From Lama guanicoe (taxonomy: Eukaryota), in assembly GCA_013239625.1 (NCBI GenBank), contig MU054117.1:868001-932000 (forward strand): DNA of 64,000 nt. Reading direction: 5' to 3'. Numbering within the stretch: position 1 is the stretch's first letter; each line of letters begins with the position of its first letter. The notes beneath the pieces were generated by a model. That model did no database searches, was not told where the DNA came from, and saw only the letters and a list, made by a program, of their open reading frames with translations. Below are positions 12,901 to 25,784 of this stretch, piece by piece. The position numbers and the translations under genes are program-made.

Positions 12901-14129
12901 CGCGAGTGTTGCCCCCCTTCCTTAACCACCACTGGTCAGCGCGGCTCGGAATGGTCCCCGCCCCCAGCGGCCTGACTGGGTGCCCTCTTGTCGCCGTGGC
13001 TGAGGGCCCCTTGCTGTCCTCTCCCCCGGGTCCCGCTCAGCTTGCTGTCAGATGGTCAGCGTCTCTCTTCGTGAAGTTGCCAGCCCCGCCCCCTCGTCTT
13101 GGGCAGCACGGCCAGAGCCCAGCTCAGTCCCCAACCGGGAAGCCAAGACGTCCCCGCGTGAGGGAGTGGTCCCCCCGTTTCCGGGGACCGGACCCTCCAG
13201 CCTTCCTCTCTCTGTGTGGACTCGGTCGCTCCCCCCTCCCTTGGTAGACCCCCAGGCTTGACATCCGCACACACAACCCTCCAGGCACCTCCGCACCAGC
13301 CCCACGCTCGTTTAGGAGCCGGGGAGAAATCCAGGGTCCACCTGAAGCCAGAGCCACACAAAGCGGCCAGTGGGGCTGGAGAAGGCCAGGCCTGCCCACG
13401 CCACACCCACCCCCGAGCCAGAGCCGGCAGGGTGCCCGTCCAGGGTGCCCAGGCTCCCCTCCCCACAGGGCTCCGGGTGGCCGACTACGTGCCATCTGCT
13501 CGGGACACTTGGGAAAGTCCCACGCTTCCCAGAGAACACGCCTTACACCCCATAGCCACACAAACGAGACTGAAGAGGAGACAAGACAAGCCGTACCATG
13601 CAGGCCTAGGGACCGAACATCGGTCTCCTCTCTGGGGACGCGGTGCAGAGGGACAGCGGTGACTTTACCCAGAGGGCCCAAGAGGCTCGACGTCTGTTCC
13701 CCACGACCCCACTGTCCCACAAAAACACTCAAAAATCAAAAACAAAACGAAACCAGACGAGGCCCAAAGTAGAAAAGCCACACGCCCCGCTGGCCACACT
13801 CCCACCACGTCCCCCGGCTTGCGTGAGCTCCACCCATTCACCTCGTCTGCTCACCACGGCAGCGCCGCTCCTGCTGGTGGCCGATGGAGGGCGACTGCTC
13901 AGGCTCAAGGCAGGTGCCGCCATCACTCGTGTGCAGGCAGAAACTCGCAGGTCACCTGGCCGGCTCCCTCCTCGCCCCGACAGTCCTCCAGCCCCAGCTT
14001 CCAGGGTCAGAGAACCCACGCATCTCAACATGTCCTGTCTCTAAAGCGCTCCTTCTTGAACCCACAGCATCCAACACTAACAACCCACACTCAGCCTGCC
14101 CCCCTCGTGGACCCATCTCCTCCGGGCCC

Positions 14130-14280
14130 CACAGCTGTCCACCAGGGGCCTCGGACAAGCAGCCCTCACAGCCCGCCGCTTCACTTAAGCGTCTGTGTCC
14201 TCACCTGTAACACGGGGACAATCCCACCAACCCCCTGCGGGGACTGTGGGAGGAGGCGAGAAGCTGTAATTAAATGACAT
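14130..14280 (+). mobile_element. MIR SINE fragment
   Basis: gtgtcctcacctgtaacacggggacaat...ggactgtgggagga...attaaatga. Confidence 0.55.
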
Positions 14281-14669
14281 CCTGCATGTCCATCTCCAGG
14301 CCCCCCGGTAACCCCAGCACGGTGGCCCCGGCCGGGTCGCTCCTCCCTCCGCACTGTGGCTGCAGCCTGGGATCGGGTCCTCTTTCCAGCAGCCGTGAGT
14401 CACACAAGAACAAAATACCTGGCTGTTCTCCGTGGGGAAGACCCTGGAGTCTGGCCCCCCCGTCACGTGTTTGGGTGGCTCCGTCTGGGAATCTAAGTCT
14501 CAGACAAGTCTGGGGTGGCCTGTCGATCTTAACTCTGTCCCCACGGAAGGCCCTGGGCCCCCTCCGAGCTGTCTCTCCGTTTGTGCTTAGAGGTTCTCTG
14601 AGCGACACGCACATGAGCTCAGAAACGTCAGCCCCGAGCCGGGAGGCTGCCGCGCTTCCCCTCGAGATG

Positions 14670-14770
14670 GCTTTAATTCTGCTCCACGTTGTACAGATGA
14701 AGAAACTGAGGTGCCCGAGATGAGCCGGCCTACGGGACCCGCAGAGCTCAGGCCAGTGCGTGCTGTCTGC
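14670..14770 (-). mobile_element. MIR SINE fragment
   Basis: tacagatgaagaaactgagg, reverse MIR core. Confidence 0.65.
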
Positions 14771-14789
14771 CCCGAGACCCCTTCATCCC

Positions 14790-14856
14790 CGTGACCCGGC
14801 GCCCAGCATGGGGCCCGGCACACAGTAGGTGCTCAGTGAATCCTCCTGCAATAAAA
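14790..14856 (+). mobile_element. L2 3' terminus
   Basis: gcccagcatggggcccggcacacagtaggtgctcagtgaat...aataaa. Confidence 0.65.
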
Positions 14857-17656
14857 AACACACGACCTCACTGGACACAGCCACCCCCATCTCGAAAATG
14901 GTAAAACCAGGCTGCACAGGATCAGACGACCCTCTGGAGGTGCCCACGGCCGGGAAGCGTGAGAGGAGGACCCAGGCCGCCTGCTCCAAAGCCTCTCAGC
15001 TCGCCTGACCGCCTTCCTCTCGGCGAAACGCCCCAGGATGCAGCACGTGGCCAGGGGAGCGCTGCCACGCCAGCTCCGAGAGCTCGCCCGCTGTGGCCAC
15101 GCGCCACGCGCCAGGTCTAGCCCTGAGAAGGGGAAACCTACGGGACCCCAAACTCCTCCGAGCAGAGGCGCTCCCCAGCCCTCCCCCCGCTGCCTCATCC
15201 TGGGACAGTTTGCTTCCCGAGAAGGGAGAGGGCTCCGTGCCAGGCCTGCTGGCCTTCCTGGCAGATGCGGCTCCGGGCCTGGGTGCCCCAGCGCCCTGCC
15301 CGGCCCCGGCCTTGTCGCCAGCCCCCCGCGCCCTGCCAGGAGAGGGGCGCTCTCCCTCCGGTGTGCCGGTGTGCCGGGCAAGGCGTCTGTCTCCGCGCGC
15401 ACACACCCCGGGCACACCTTGTCCTCAGCGTGGGCTCCACTCCTCCGTCCCTTACCACGTGCTCCACGTGTGGCAGATCTCCCGGAGGAGACGGGGACTG
15501 GGAGACGTGCCCCCATCCCAGCAGACGTGAACACAGGCTCAAGGAAGGTCTGCGTGGGGTGGGGCGGACCCCCGACGAAACTGAGAGCCCAGCTGACAGG
15601 GCAGAGAGACGGAGGGCCCTGAGGACCCGGCGTGAGTGGCTCTCCCTTGCCCATCAGACGAAGAGAAACTACGAACGTTCCACTAGAGCAGAGGAGGGTG
15701 AGGAGCTGCACCTCCCAGGAGGGGAGCCCGCCACGGGTGCAGGCGGTCTGGGGCTGAAGGAGCCGCAGGAGGAAGGGCAGGGCTGCCCTGGCAGAGGGCT
15801 CGTGTCAGAGTGCGGAGCAAGGGCACTCTGTCCGCTACAGGACACCCGTCGTGACCGTGACTGTGACGCTCTGTCCTTGTGGACCCCCCCCGCCGCCGAC
15901 GTCCGCCTCTCCCGCTGGCCGTCCTTGTCCCTGGAGCCCTTCTGGTTTGTGGATTCCAGGCTGGAGCCAGCACTCCAGCAGCACCGCACCCACCGCAGAA
16001 CCACTCAGTACACAAACCAGAGGGGCCCGGGTGGACGTCGGGAGCCCACGGCCCGGAGCTCCCGCACCAGCTCCGCACCAAGCACTCGGCGGGGCGGCGA
16101 CCTCAGAAGCCCTTCCGACCGACGGGGGTCTCTGTGGGCCTGAGGTGCCGACCGCCTGAGAGGTCTGTGGTTTTCCTCTTCACCAGACAACGCGCTTGGT
16201 CAGGGATCTGGCCAAAACCAACAGTTCGCTAACCAACCAGCGGCAGGCCCGGGGGCTCTGCGGGTCCGTGGTAACGCACCACCCCCTTACTTCCGTGCTG
16301 CACCCCTCGGTCGGGGCAGGACGGCGGAGAGACGCAAGAACAGGCAGATTGTAGGAAGAGACTTCGGGTTCCAAGTCCTCAGACATCCACGCCCATGCTC
16401 CTTTAACCCATTCCACGGGCACTAGGCTGTGCCAGCCACAGAAGAGACCCCTCGTGTCCACGTGCTCGGCCTCCTCCCAGAACCCCGGGAACCCATCCGG
16501 AATGGAGCACACCCCCGGGCCCTTCTGAGAACCGGGCGCCAGCCAACCCTCCCTGGTGGGAGCCAGGGCATGAAGGAAGCTGCGGGGTCGGCCCGCTGCC
16601 CAGCGTCAATGGGCGTTGCCAGGAGCTGAGACGCGTTCGCAGGCTTTCGTGACAGCCCGGAAGCAGCCCGAACCCCAGGCCCGGCGCCCTAGCACCAGAG
16701 CCGGCTGCAGAGTGCATTCTAACTCACCCTCGTCGAGCCTCTGGGACCTGGGACGTCTGCAGACCCCACGCCCCCAGCATCAACCCTATGAGGCTCACAC
16801 CTTCCCACAGGCATTTTTAAGGAAAACAGTGACCGTGTGCAATCCCCAGAGACCAGTAAGCATGGAAGCACCCCATCCCTTCCCACCCCACCAGCCCTGG
16901 TTCCCGGAGTCGCCACCTGGGACGCGGGTCCGTCTCCCACCCGCTACGTCCTCGGGTTTCAGCAGCCCCCTCAGACGGTCGTCCATCTGAAAGGCCGGCC
17001 ACTCTTAGTAAGAAGCAGGGAGCCTCTTTCTAAGCCATGATGTCCCTCTGGAGACTCTGCTTCCCTTATTCCTTTTTTCCTGCAAACCTACAGCTGGAGG
17101 AGAACCTTGCCATGTGCAGGTGCCCAGCCTCCCCCACCCCTCACCCCCCGGCTGCATCTCCCTTCACAAGAGGCCGAGGGAAAGATCTCAGAGGTCACAG
17201 GGAGCCCCGAACTAACTGCACGGGATGACGAGAAGGGGTGCACGCAAGCTTTGAGGCCAGGTCTGCCTGAACTCGGGTCAGTTTAATTTTTTTTTTATTT
17301 AAAAAGTCACTGTTTAAGCTGAGGTTGAGTCTCTCTCTGCCTGCCTTCACTGCAGACACGAACCCAGAGGAGAGGATGAGAGGGGAACAGCTACTTGACA
17401 GGCGTGCAGGCTGCCTGCATCTCATCCTCTCCTGGTTGCTAAGCACCCAGAAACCCATAAGCAGCCTGTAACGGGTGCAGTCACAGGCAAAGACAGATGC
17501 TCGTCCACAAAAAGGCTCTCTGGATGCCGAGAAGGCAGCCCACTGGAAAAGGTGTGCTCCAAGCTGCCTGGGAAAGTCTGGGTGGAAAGGAAAAGGTGCC
17601 CAGCCTAAGCTGTCAGGCGCCTCTTGGTTAAGCCAAACCTTGCTGTGGCTAAAATG

Positions 17657-18446
17657 NNNNNNNNNNNNNNNNNNNNNNNNNNNNNNNNNNNNNNNNNNNN
17701 NNNNNNNNNNNNNNNNNNNNNNNNNNNNNNNNNNNNNNNNNNNNNNNNNNNNNNNNNNNNNNNNNNNNNNNNNNNNNNNNNNNNNNNNNNNNNNNNNNNN
17801 NNNNNNNNNNNNNNNNNNNNNNNNNNNNNNNNNNNNNNNNNNNNNNNNNNNNNNNNNNNNNNNNNNNNNNNNNNNNNNNNNNNNNNNNNNNNNNNNNNNN
17901 NNNNNNNNNNNNNNNNNNNNNNNNNNNNNNNNNNNNNNNNNNNNNNNNNNNNNNNNNNNNNNNNNNNNNNNNNNNNNNNNNNNNNNNNNNNNNNNNNNNN
18001 NNNNNNNNNNNNNNNNNNNNNNNNNNNNNNNNNNNNNNNNNNNNNNNNNNNNNNNNNNNNNNNNNNNNNNNNNNNNNNNNNNNNNNNNNNNNNNNNNNNN
18101 NNNNNNNNNNNNNNNNNNNNNNNNNNNNNNNNNNNNNNNNNNNNNNNNNNNNNNNNNNNNNNNNNNNNNNNNNNNNNNNNNNNNNNNNNNNNNNNNNNNN
18201 NNNNNNNNNNNNNNNNNNNNNNNNNNNNNNNNNNNNNNNNNNNNNNNNNNNNNNNNNNNNNNNNNNNNNNNNNNNNNNNNNNNNNNNNNNNNNNNNNNNN
18301 NNNNNNNNNNNNNNNNNNNNNNNNNNNNNNNNNNNNNNNNNNNNNNNNNNNNNNNNNNNNNNNNNNNNNNNNNNNNNNNNNNNNNNNNNNNNNNNNNNNN
18401 NNNNNNNNNNNNNNNNNNNNNNNNNNNNNNNNNNNNNNNNNNNNNN
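17657..18446. other. Assembly gap (790 N)
   Basis: Run of N. Confidence 0.99.
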
Positions 18447-18629
18447 ATAGGTGAATACACAAATACACAGATGGATGGACGGATGGATGGATGGGTGGAT
18501 GGATGTTTGGATGGATGGATGAAAAGGTGAATGGACAGGTGGATGGATGGGTGGATGGTGGGTGGATTGAAGGATGAACAGGTGAATGGATGGCTGGATA
18601 GATCGCTGGGTGGATGGATACATGGATGG
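18447..18629 (+). repeat. Degenerate (GGAT)n tetranucleotide repeat abutting the gap
   Basis: gatggatggacggatggatggatgggtggatggatg... Confidence 0.92.
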
Positions 18630-20874
18630 CCCACGGCACTACAAATGCTGGCTTAGCTCTGGACTCATCAGAAACTCTGCTGGATGTCCCTAGCCAGCCC
18701 CAGCTCTTTAGTGATGGTGAAGGTGTTCCAACAGACTCACAACCAAGGACACAAGGAGATGGGTTGGGGGCGGCATTTCTCCATGGGTCACACCTTCATA
18801 GCAGGTGGCATTCCACTCCTCTGGGATGAGGGACACGGAGCTACTCTGTCTGGACTCTGGGGGTGGAAGCTTTCTGCCTTGGGGTTTGGAGTGTGAAGCA
18901 CTCGGAGGGCCCAGGAGACGCCACGCCTAGGGATGCTCGGGGTGGACTAAGAAGCACGTCCTGCCGTCCGGCTGCTAACCAGCTGCACACAGCGCCCTCC
19001 AGACAGGTAAAGCTCCACCCCGGTCCCCCTTACCAGGCAGGGAGGAAGCTTTCCGCTCTGGGGTCTAACTCAGTCCTGCCCTTCCCATCGTGGGTCAGGT
19101 CACGTCACATCTCTGCCCAAAGGCCTTCAGCGGTGGCCCATCTCACTCAAGGGGAGGAGCCAGTGTCCTTAAATGGTCCAGAACGCCCTCCACTGTCTGT
19201 CCCTCCCACCCCTACCAGCGACCTCCCCTCCTGTTCACTCTCCCTCGGCCCAGGCCACATCCACGCCGACCATGCTGGCCCCACTGCCCATTATTCCCGA
19301 CACACTGCAGGCACCACGCCCCTCAGCGGCATGCTCCCCGCCAGCATGCCGACGGCCCACGGTGTCACCTTAAATGCCACCCTCTCAGGAGCCTTCCTGA
19401 CGCTCTTTAAGGCTGCAGGTCTGGTCCCCACCCCCCAGGGCCGCACTGGTCCTGCTTCCGGCTGCCACCCCCATCCCAGCACGGAAACAGGTCCTCTCAC
19501 CTCCAGCTCCCCCGTGAGAGGGTACGCTCCCCAGAAAGAGGGACTTCCGTGTTCCGCTGAACCACCAGGATTAGGAAAAACGCCCACCATCTCGTGGGGA
19601 CATGGTCGTATCTGTTTAGTTAGCTGATCACAGGCCCGTCCTCCTCTGCCAGGCACCACGTCCCTATTCCGAAAACTGACCCACGGAAGGAAGGCAGCTG
19701 CCCTGCTCGTCCTGCCCCGCGGCGCCGCGCACCACTGGACGGCGGCGGGCCTGCTCCACAGAAGGCCCCCAGCTGCTGGCCGCGGAAGGGCCGGCGGGAC
19801 CAACACGGGTGCTTCACGGGCTCTGCTGAAGTGACGGGCCTGGACAAGGTCGTCGCCAGACGCTAAAGTCACGAGGTGAGAGGTCGGCGGGGGCTCGGCA
19901 ACGAGGGGTCGGCTGACAGCCCCGGAGCCCGTTCCTGTCTCGGCCGCACTGGCGTCCTCCCACGGGGTGGGCACGGCCACCCAGAACACCTGGACCCTCC
20001 GGCACAAGCGCGGCCTGAGCCCGGCCCCCGGCCGACAGAAAGCGAGCAGGGCACAGGGAGGGGAACGACCGAGTGAGGCGGCGTCCGCCGGGCCGGGCCG
20101 ACACGAGAGGCCGGCCCAGCTCTCCCGCAAACAAGGGACGTCCACGACGGGCGGGGCGCGTGGCCAAGAGATCCGGGGGCACGCGCAGGCGTGGGGTCCG
20201 GGTCTCCCCAGGGGCCCGATTCAAGCCGGCCAGCTGCCAAGAGACGCGTTCATCGCAAGGGGCAGTAGGAACACTTCAAACACAAGCAGGACATCAGATG
20301 ATACTGAGGACTTGCGGGGGCTGTGGCCGCTGCTGCCTGGGGTGGTACACACACCTGGTTGGTTTTTCCTTTTAAGCAGTCCTCGCCTGCCAGAGAAGAC
20401 CACCAGCGCACGTGCAGGTGAACTGGAGTCTGCTTTCAAACACCTCAGGGATAAAACTCTCGAGGAAGTCGGTTGCCCCAAGCTGGCAGGTGCTGACGTT
20501 GGAGCTGAGGGGGGGTACCTGGGAACCCACGACACAAGGCTGTTTACTTGCATTATGTTTCAAAGGTTTCGTTGAAAACCGTTCTTTAAAAATTCATAAA
20601 CTTCCTGTTTTGTAGATGAACTTAATGAAGTTTTTAAAAAAAAAAAAAAAGTACCCAGAATAGTTCTGTGCTCTTCTGGCTGGAGCCGTGGACGGAGGTC
20701 AAGCCTGGGGAGCAGCGGAGCTGGCCGCTTTCCCACCACGGCGTGCCCAGCGCCCTGGCCCTGGCTGACAGAGAGGCCTGCTGGTTTGTGTCTGTAGACG
20801 AAGGCCAGACAGTCCTGAGACGAGGAGAGTCTCTCCCCGCCCCGAGGACGCGGGGCCGCGGGGCCACCCGTCCC

Positions 20875-20941
20875 NNNNNNNNNNNNNNNNNNNNNNNNNN
20901 NNNNNNNNNNNNNNNNNNNNNNNNNNNNNNNNNNNNNNNNN
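20875..20941. other. Assembly gap (67 N)
   Basis: Run of N within GC-rich sequence. Confidence 0.99.
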
Positions 20942-21279
20942 GCCCGTCTGTCCCCTTCCCTCTGGGCACCTCCTCTGTCTCTTCAGTGAGATGTTCTCGA
21001 ACAACATCTAAATAGGTCATAAATCCGTGACCTCGTGTGGGAAGCACTAAACCCCTCCTCTGAAGTCTGCTGCCGCGGCTCAGCGGTGGGCGGGGCTAAC
21101 GTTCGCTGAATTCCAGGCCCATAAAAGGCAGGTGCACTGTCCCCGTGCCCCAGACGAGGACACCGAGTGCAGAGGGGTTGGGGGCGTTCCCGGGTGTCAC
21201 CAGGCTCACCGTGGTACCAGCGGTTTGAACAGGGTGCTGACTTGGTCTGTGTCAGGCCCTGTTGTAGACAAATCTGCAT

Positions 21280-21415
21280 CGGCTCCTTCCACCCTCACCA
21301 CACCCCGCAAGGTGGGAGCTGTGGTTGGGCCCATTCTGCTGACCGGGACACGGAGGCCCAGCAAGGTTAAGTCACTTCCCGAGGTCACAAAGCTCGTCAG
21401 TGGCTGAGTGGGAGT
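21280..21415 (-). mobile_element. MIR SINE fragment
   Basis: cccattctgctga...gaggcccagcaaggttaagtcacttcccgaggtcacaaagctcgtcagtggc. Confidence 0.7.
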
Positions 21416-21569
21416 GGGGTGGGAGCGGGGCCCGAGGACGGGCCCACGGGTGGAGGCATCTCCCGAGCTGGCCGTGGATGGAGTGGTGGCCCACGGCGGG
21501 GTCACCGTGTGTCCCGGTTTGCCCAGGCCTGCTGTCCGCACGTAGTGACTCACACAGCCCCCTTCTTTC

Positions 21570-21765
21570 TCAAATGTGCCCTAGTTTGGATGATAAATGA
21601 TACGGTCCCTTAATTATAAGCTTCTCCAGGGTAAGAAAAGCACATGATAGCCAATTAATTAATACTTGTTGAATAAAAGGGTAATGACTTTCTTTAACGG
21701 TGACGGACCTCCTGGGGAACGGAGAGATGACCAAGTAGCAGTCTCCGCGGTTCCCTTGGCAACGC
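21570..21765. promoter_or_regulatory. Candidate conserved non-coding element with homeodomain motifs and an RFX X-box
   Basis: AT-rich island containing TTAATTAT and CAATTAATTAAT, followed by GTTCCCTTGGCAAC at 21750-21763. Confidence 0.45.
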
Positions 21766-23984
21766 TTGGATCCTGTGACTCACGGCCCTTCCCTACGAGT
21801 CCCCTCAGAGCTGCTCTGCCCGCCGACAGCCCGGGGCCTCCCACAGCATCGTGGGGCCCGTGAGGACCCCCATTCACCCCCAGACAGAGGCTGGCCCCCG
21901 GTCCTCGGCATCCCAGCCCCTAAACTGGGCACCTCCCGCAGGCCCAGCTCCCCATCCGCTCCGCTGTCACTGCACTTCTGGGCGGGGGGGCCCCGGCCCC
22001 AGCCCTGGCCCCGCCCCACACGCTCCCTCCAAGACAAGGTGCACCACCGGCCAGGCTGCCAGGTTTCCCCCATTCCGGCGCGGTGTGGCATCCGCCCAAC
22101 TCCAGCCCTGCGGGTGCCCCTCTCCCTCCTGCAGCAGGGAAGCAACGCTGTCTCTGGTTCTGTCACCTCGTCTGCCTGAGGAGACACGAGCTGCCCCGTG
22201 GGGCAGGGCACACGGACGGGAGGCTTGGGCCTTGTCTTCAGTCTGAAGTCATCTCCCTGACCTCGTGCCCTCCTGAGGCGCAGGTGGTCGGCGCTGTAGA
22301 CACAGGTCTTAATGGCTGCACTTAGAGCCCTTGAGGAGGAAAGCGTAAAGCTGTGAGATCTCATCGTCCTCATCAGTAACATTAATTTTAAAGCTGAGAT
22401 AATGCGTTCCTGACTCATCACAGCCACATGGCATTTAGCGGACAAGCACATCGCTGCTTAATCTGGGGACCAGGAGCTCCTGGAGATGTGATGTGCACAC
22501 CGGCCCCTGCCAGGGCCAGGGCTCTCGGCGCCCCGAACACTTAAGACGACCTTTGCCCAGACCTGCAACAAGGGGCTCGCAGCCCGGATGCGGGGCCCCA
22601 GGGAGGCCTTTGCCGGGCCTCTCCCTCTGGTCACCCGCACATCCCAGTGTCTGGAATAACCGCCCTCATCGAGCCGTCCACCCACCAGCCGCTCTCCTCC
22701 ACGAGCATCGGCTTCTCTGTGCTACTTCCCACTTCAGTCCCCGAGAGGCGCTCAGATTGCACCTGCGCAGGACCGACGGGGCAGGAGGAGGGGCAGCAGA
22801 GGGACCCAAGACCCTGAGTGACGCCCCCCCAGTCGGGTGTCGGGGGGCCCTGTACAGAGCGCCTCCGCCGGGCGCTCTCTCCTGACGCCGCCCCGCCGCC
22901 CGCCGCCCCGCGGGAGCTGAGCTGGGGCTGTGTGGCCAGGGCCCCGTCCTCCTCAGCGTCCCCTTTGCAAGCTGGCTGCAGTGGGGGCCGCTGAGGACCG
23001 AGGGCCAGCCTCCAGGGCCAACTCGCCGGCTCCCGGGGAAGCTGTGTCCCGTCACACACCCTCAGACTCCGGCCGCGTGCGACAGGACGCCTCGGCCTGA
23101 CCAGCCGTGCTGCCTGGGCCCGGCCACCAGACCCGCATCACACCTCCCCCGTCTGGGGCCACTCTGGGGGGAGACGTGCTCAGGAACCCGGCCCCAACTT
23201 GATGCCACCACCGTGAACGGGCCCCGCGCGGCCCGAGTCACACCTGCCCCTCAACCCCAACCTCCAACAGGCGTCGGCCCCACTCCCGCCGGAAAGCCAG
23301 GCCTTTGAGCACGGTGGCCCCAGCCCAGTGGCCAGGCCTAGAACTACCCCCTGCTGGCCACTCGCCCACGTGCAATCCGCCCAGCTCAACCCAGCCCAGC
23401 CTCAGAGGGCCCCTGCCCACTGGAGGCAGGAGTGGGGAGAGCACAACCGAGGCCCCTCCGCCCCCGGCACCCCGAGCACCCCCGGACCGGGGCCAGGCGT
23501 CTCTGCCCCAGCTCCCGGCGCTTACGTTGGAACATGGTGTCTTGAAGAGGGTGACTCACTGCAGCTGCGAGCACTGACTGATGACTCTGATCCTCCTGAA
23601 GCCACTGGCTCACAAGGGTCTCCCTCCATCTGGGCCGAGACCCAGCCCCGCGGCCAACATGCCAGGAGAGCGGCTCCCCTTCCCGGCGGCCACGCTGAGC
23701 CCCCATCTCCCCTGGTCTGAAATGGACTTTTCCCTCTAAATACGGGTGTCTGACCGAAAACAACGCCAGCTCAATCAAAAGAGAGGGCTCGTCCCCGTGT
23801 CAGGAAGGACACCCCATTCCCGGAAGTCCTGCACACGCTGAGGCCACGTTAGAAAGGATGAGACTGAGCAAAACTCCCGCTGCCCGAAAGTGCAAAGAAC
23901 CTTTAGTGACTCAGCCCTGGCCAGGCTCAAATCGGGGCCGAAAGTCCCAGGGCTAACTGCCCGCCAAGGCTGGACCCGGGATTG

Positions 23985-24075
23985 TCATCTCCTGAGCATC
24001 TCCCGTGTGCCAAGCGCTGGGTGAGCCCTGGGGACAAAAGAGTGAGAGAACAAACAGGCGTCGAACCTGCCTGGG
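23985..24075 (-). mobile_element. L2 3' end fragment
   Basis: tgagcatctcccgtgtgccaagcgctggg...ctggggacaaaagagtga...aaacag. Confidence 0.55.
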
Positions 24076-25784
24076 CCCCAGAGAGGGCGCCTCCCTCCTG
24101 CCCCACGCCCCTCTGTAGCTCTTGCTTGGCCCCAGAAAGTCACTCCAGCCCCCACGTCCGGGTCCACGGCTCCCAGACGGAACGTGGTACGTGTGTCCAG
24201 GGGCTTCCTCAGTCAACTCCCCCCGCACAGCGGACCTGCCCAGGGCACCCTGGAGGCAGCGCCTCGACCCAGGGTGACCGCCCCGTGATCAGGTTCTGAA
24301 ATCCAGGCCCAGCGGCAGGGACGTGGGAGACTGCAGAGCACGTGCGTGTGGTGACCCGGGGAGTCCGCGCGCAGCCTGGCTACGCCAGACACAGCAAGGC
24401 GGCAGCCGGCACACGCGTGACCTGCCCTGAGCACCCCCTGCCACGAGCACCTCAGCCCCGTCCTGTGACGTCACCAGGTCCGGCCCAGCGGCCGCAGGAG
24501 ACAGAAGAGGGATGACCACGCACGGGGAGGTGCGCCCAGCTCCCCAGCCAGCAGCCCCAGGAGGGGCCGCGAGCAGGCACTTAAGAGGCAGGGCCTCCCT
24601 GGGGACAGAGACTGTATCTGACTCACCGCCCATCCCGGGCCAGGCTCAGGGGTCTTGCAAGCATCCGGGCTGCTGGCCGCACACGCTCCAGGCCGGGAGC
24701 AGACCGGAGAGGGATTTCAAGCCACAGAGAACAACAGCATGAAGGCACCTCTGCGTACAGTGACGTTCCTCAAAGTAAAAAGCAGGGAGGCAGTTCGGCA
24801 GCCCTACGCCCCCCGCGGCGGGAGGAGGGCGGCCGGGCCCGCAGCTGCAGGCCAGCGCCAGCACGGCCGCCCGCGGACTCGCTCACCACGGGCGGGGCGC
24901 CCGGCCAGCTCTGAGCACCGGACACCCCGCGGTCCCACTGGGGCAGAGCACATGGAGCGCGTCGTGTGAAGGTGGCCCTGGAGTCCGGCCTGCCCTCCGC
25001 AGCAAGGACAGATGGTGCTTTTCAGCGTGCCATCCGCAACCCGACACAAAGGGGCTCTTTGCTTCCGGGAAGCCCGGGGCGGGGGGCAGGGCATCCCGAG
25101 GCTCAGAGAGGTCGCCCTTTCCTCCGGGTCCAGAACCAGGAGAGGACGAAACCCACACGCCCGTCAGCATCTCCCGAGGCTCTCAGGGCACGCTACCCCC
25201 TGAATATCTTCCCGCCTTCCCAGTGTGGGTACGCCATGGCAGTGGGTCTGGATCACCGGGTTCCTGTTAGAGGCATCTCCTCTCCTTGAGGACTGAAAAG
25301 CCCAAAACCGCAGGCCCCGAAGGTCACACAGAATAACCGCAGCCCTGTCGTGATACAGGAGATCTGAGGGGGGCCCAGGGCGTCCGAGGGCGGTCTCCCA
25401 CCTGTGCTACGTTCAGGTGCATCGTGTGATGCCCCCTTTACCCTCATCTGCTCATAACCCACAGAACACCCCCAAGTTTATGTTTTCCAGTGGCACCGTC
25501 TGAAGCCTGGGCTCAGAGGCCGTGCACTGCGCCCTGCAGAACACAGCCTCGCAGGGACGTCCAGTTCCAGCAGGCCCAGCAAGGGCACCGGGGGGAGGGC
25601 AGAACCCAGAAGCTACGAGAGACGCCCACGATCAGCTAGTTCAATGCCGTCTTACAGAGGAGAAGGCTGAACTCAGTCCTACCCTTGAGCCTCCTAAATG
25701 CCTTCCCACCCCTTCTGGCTCGTCGTTCACACAGATGCCAAGAAATGTTTCTGAGACACAATTCTGCTCATTCTTACTCTCCTG

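Noticed and set aside
17195-18639. ORFs of 276-479 aa containing X runs and HPSI repeats
   Set aside because: Artefacts of the N gap and the GGAT repeat.
19700-20230. CpG-island-like patches (also 740-910 and 40100-40700) as internal promoters
   Set aside because: CpG density is high across the whole window, so local enrichment is not diagnostic without methylation or TSS data.
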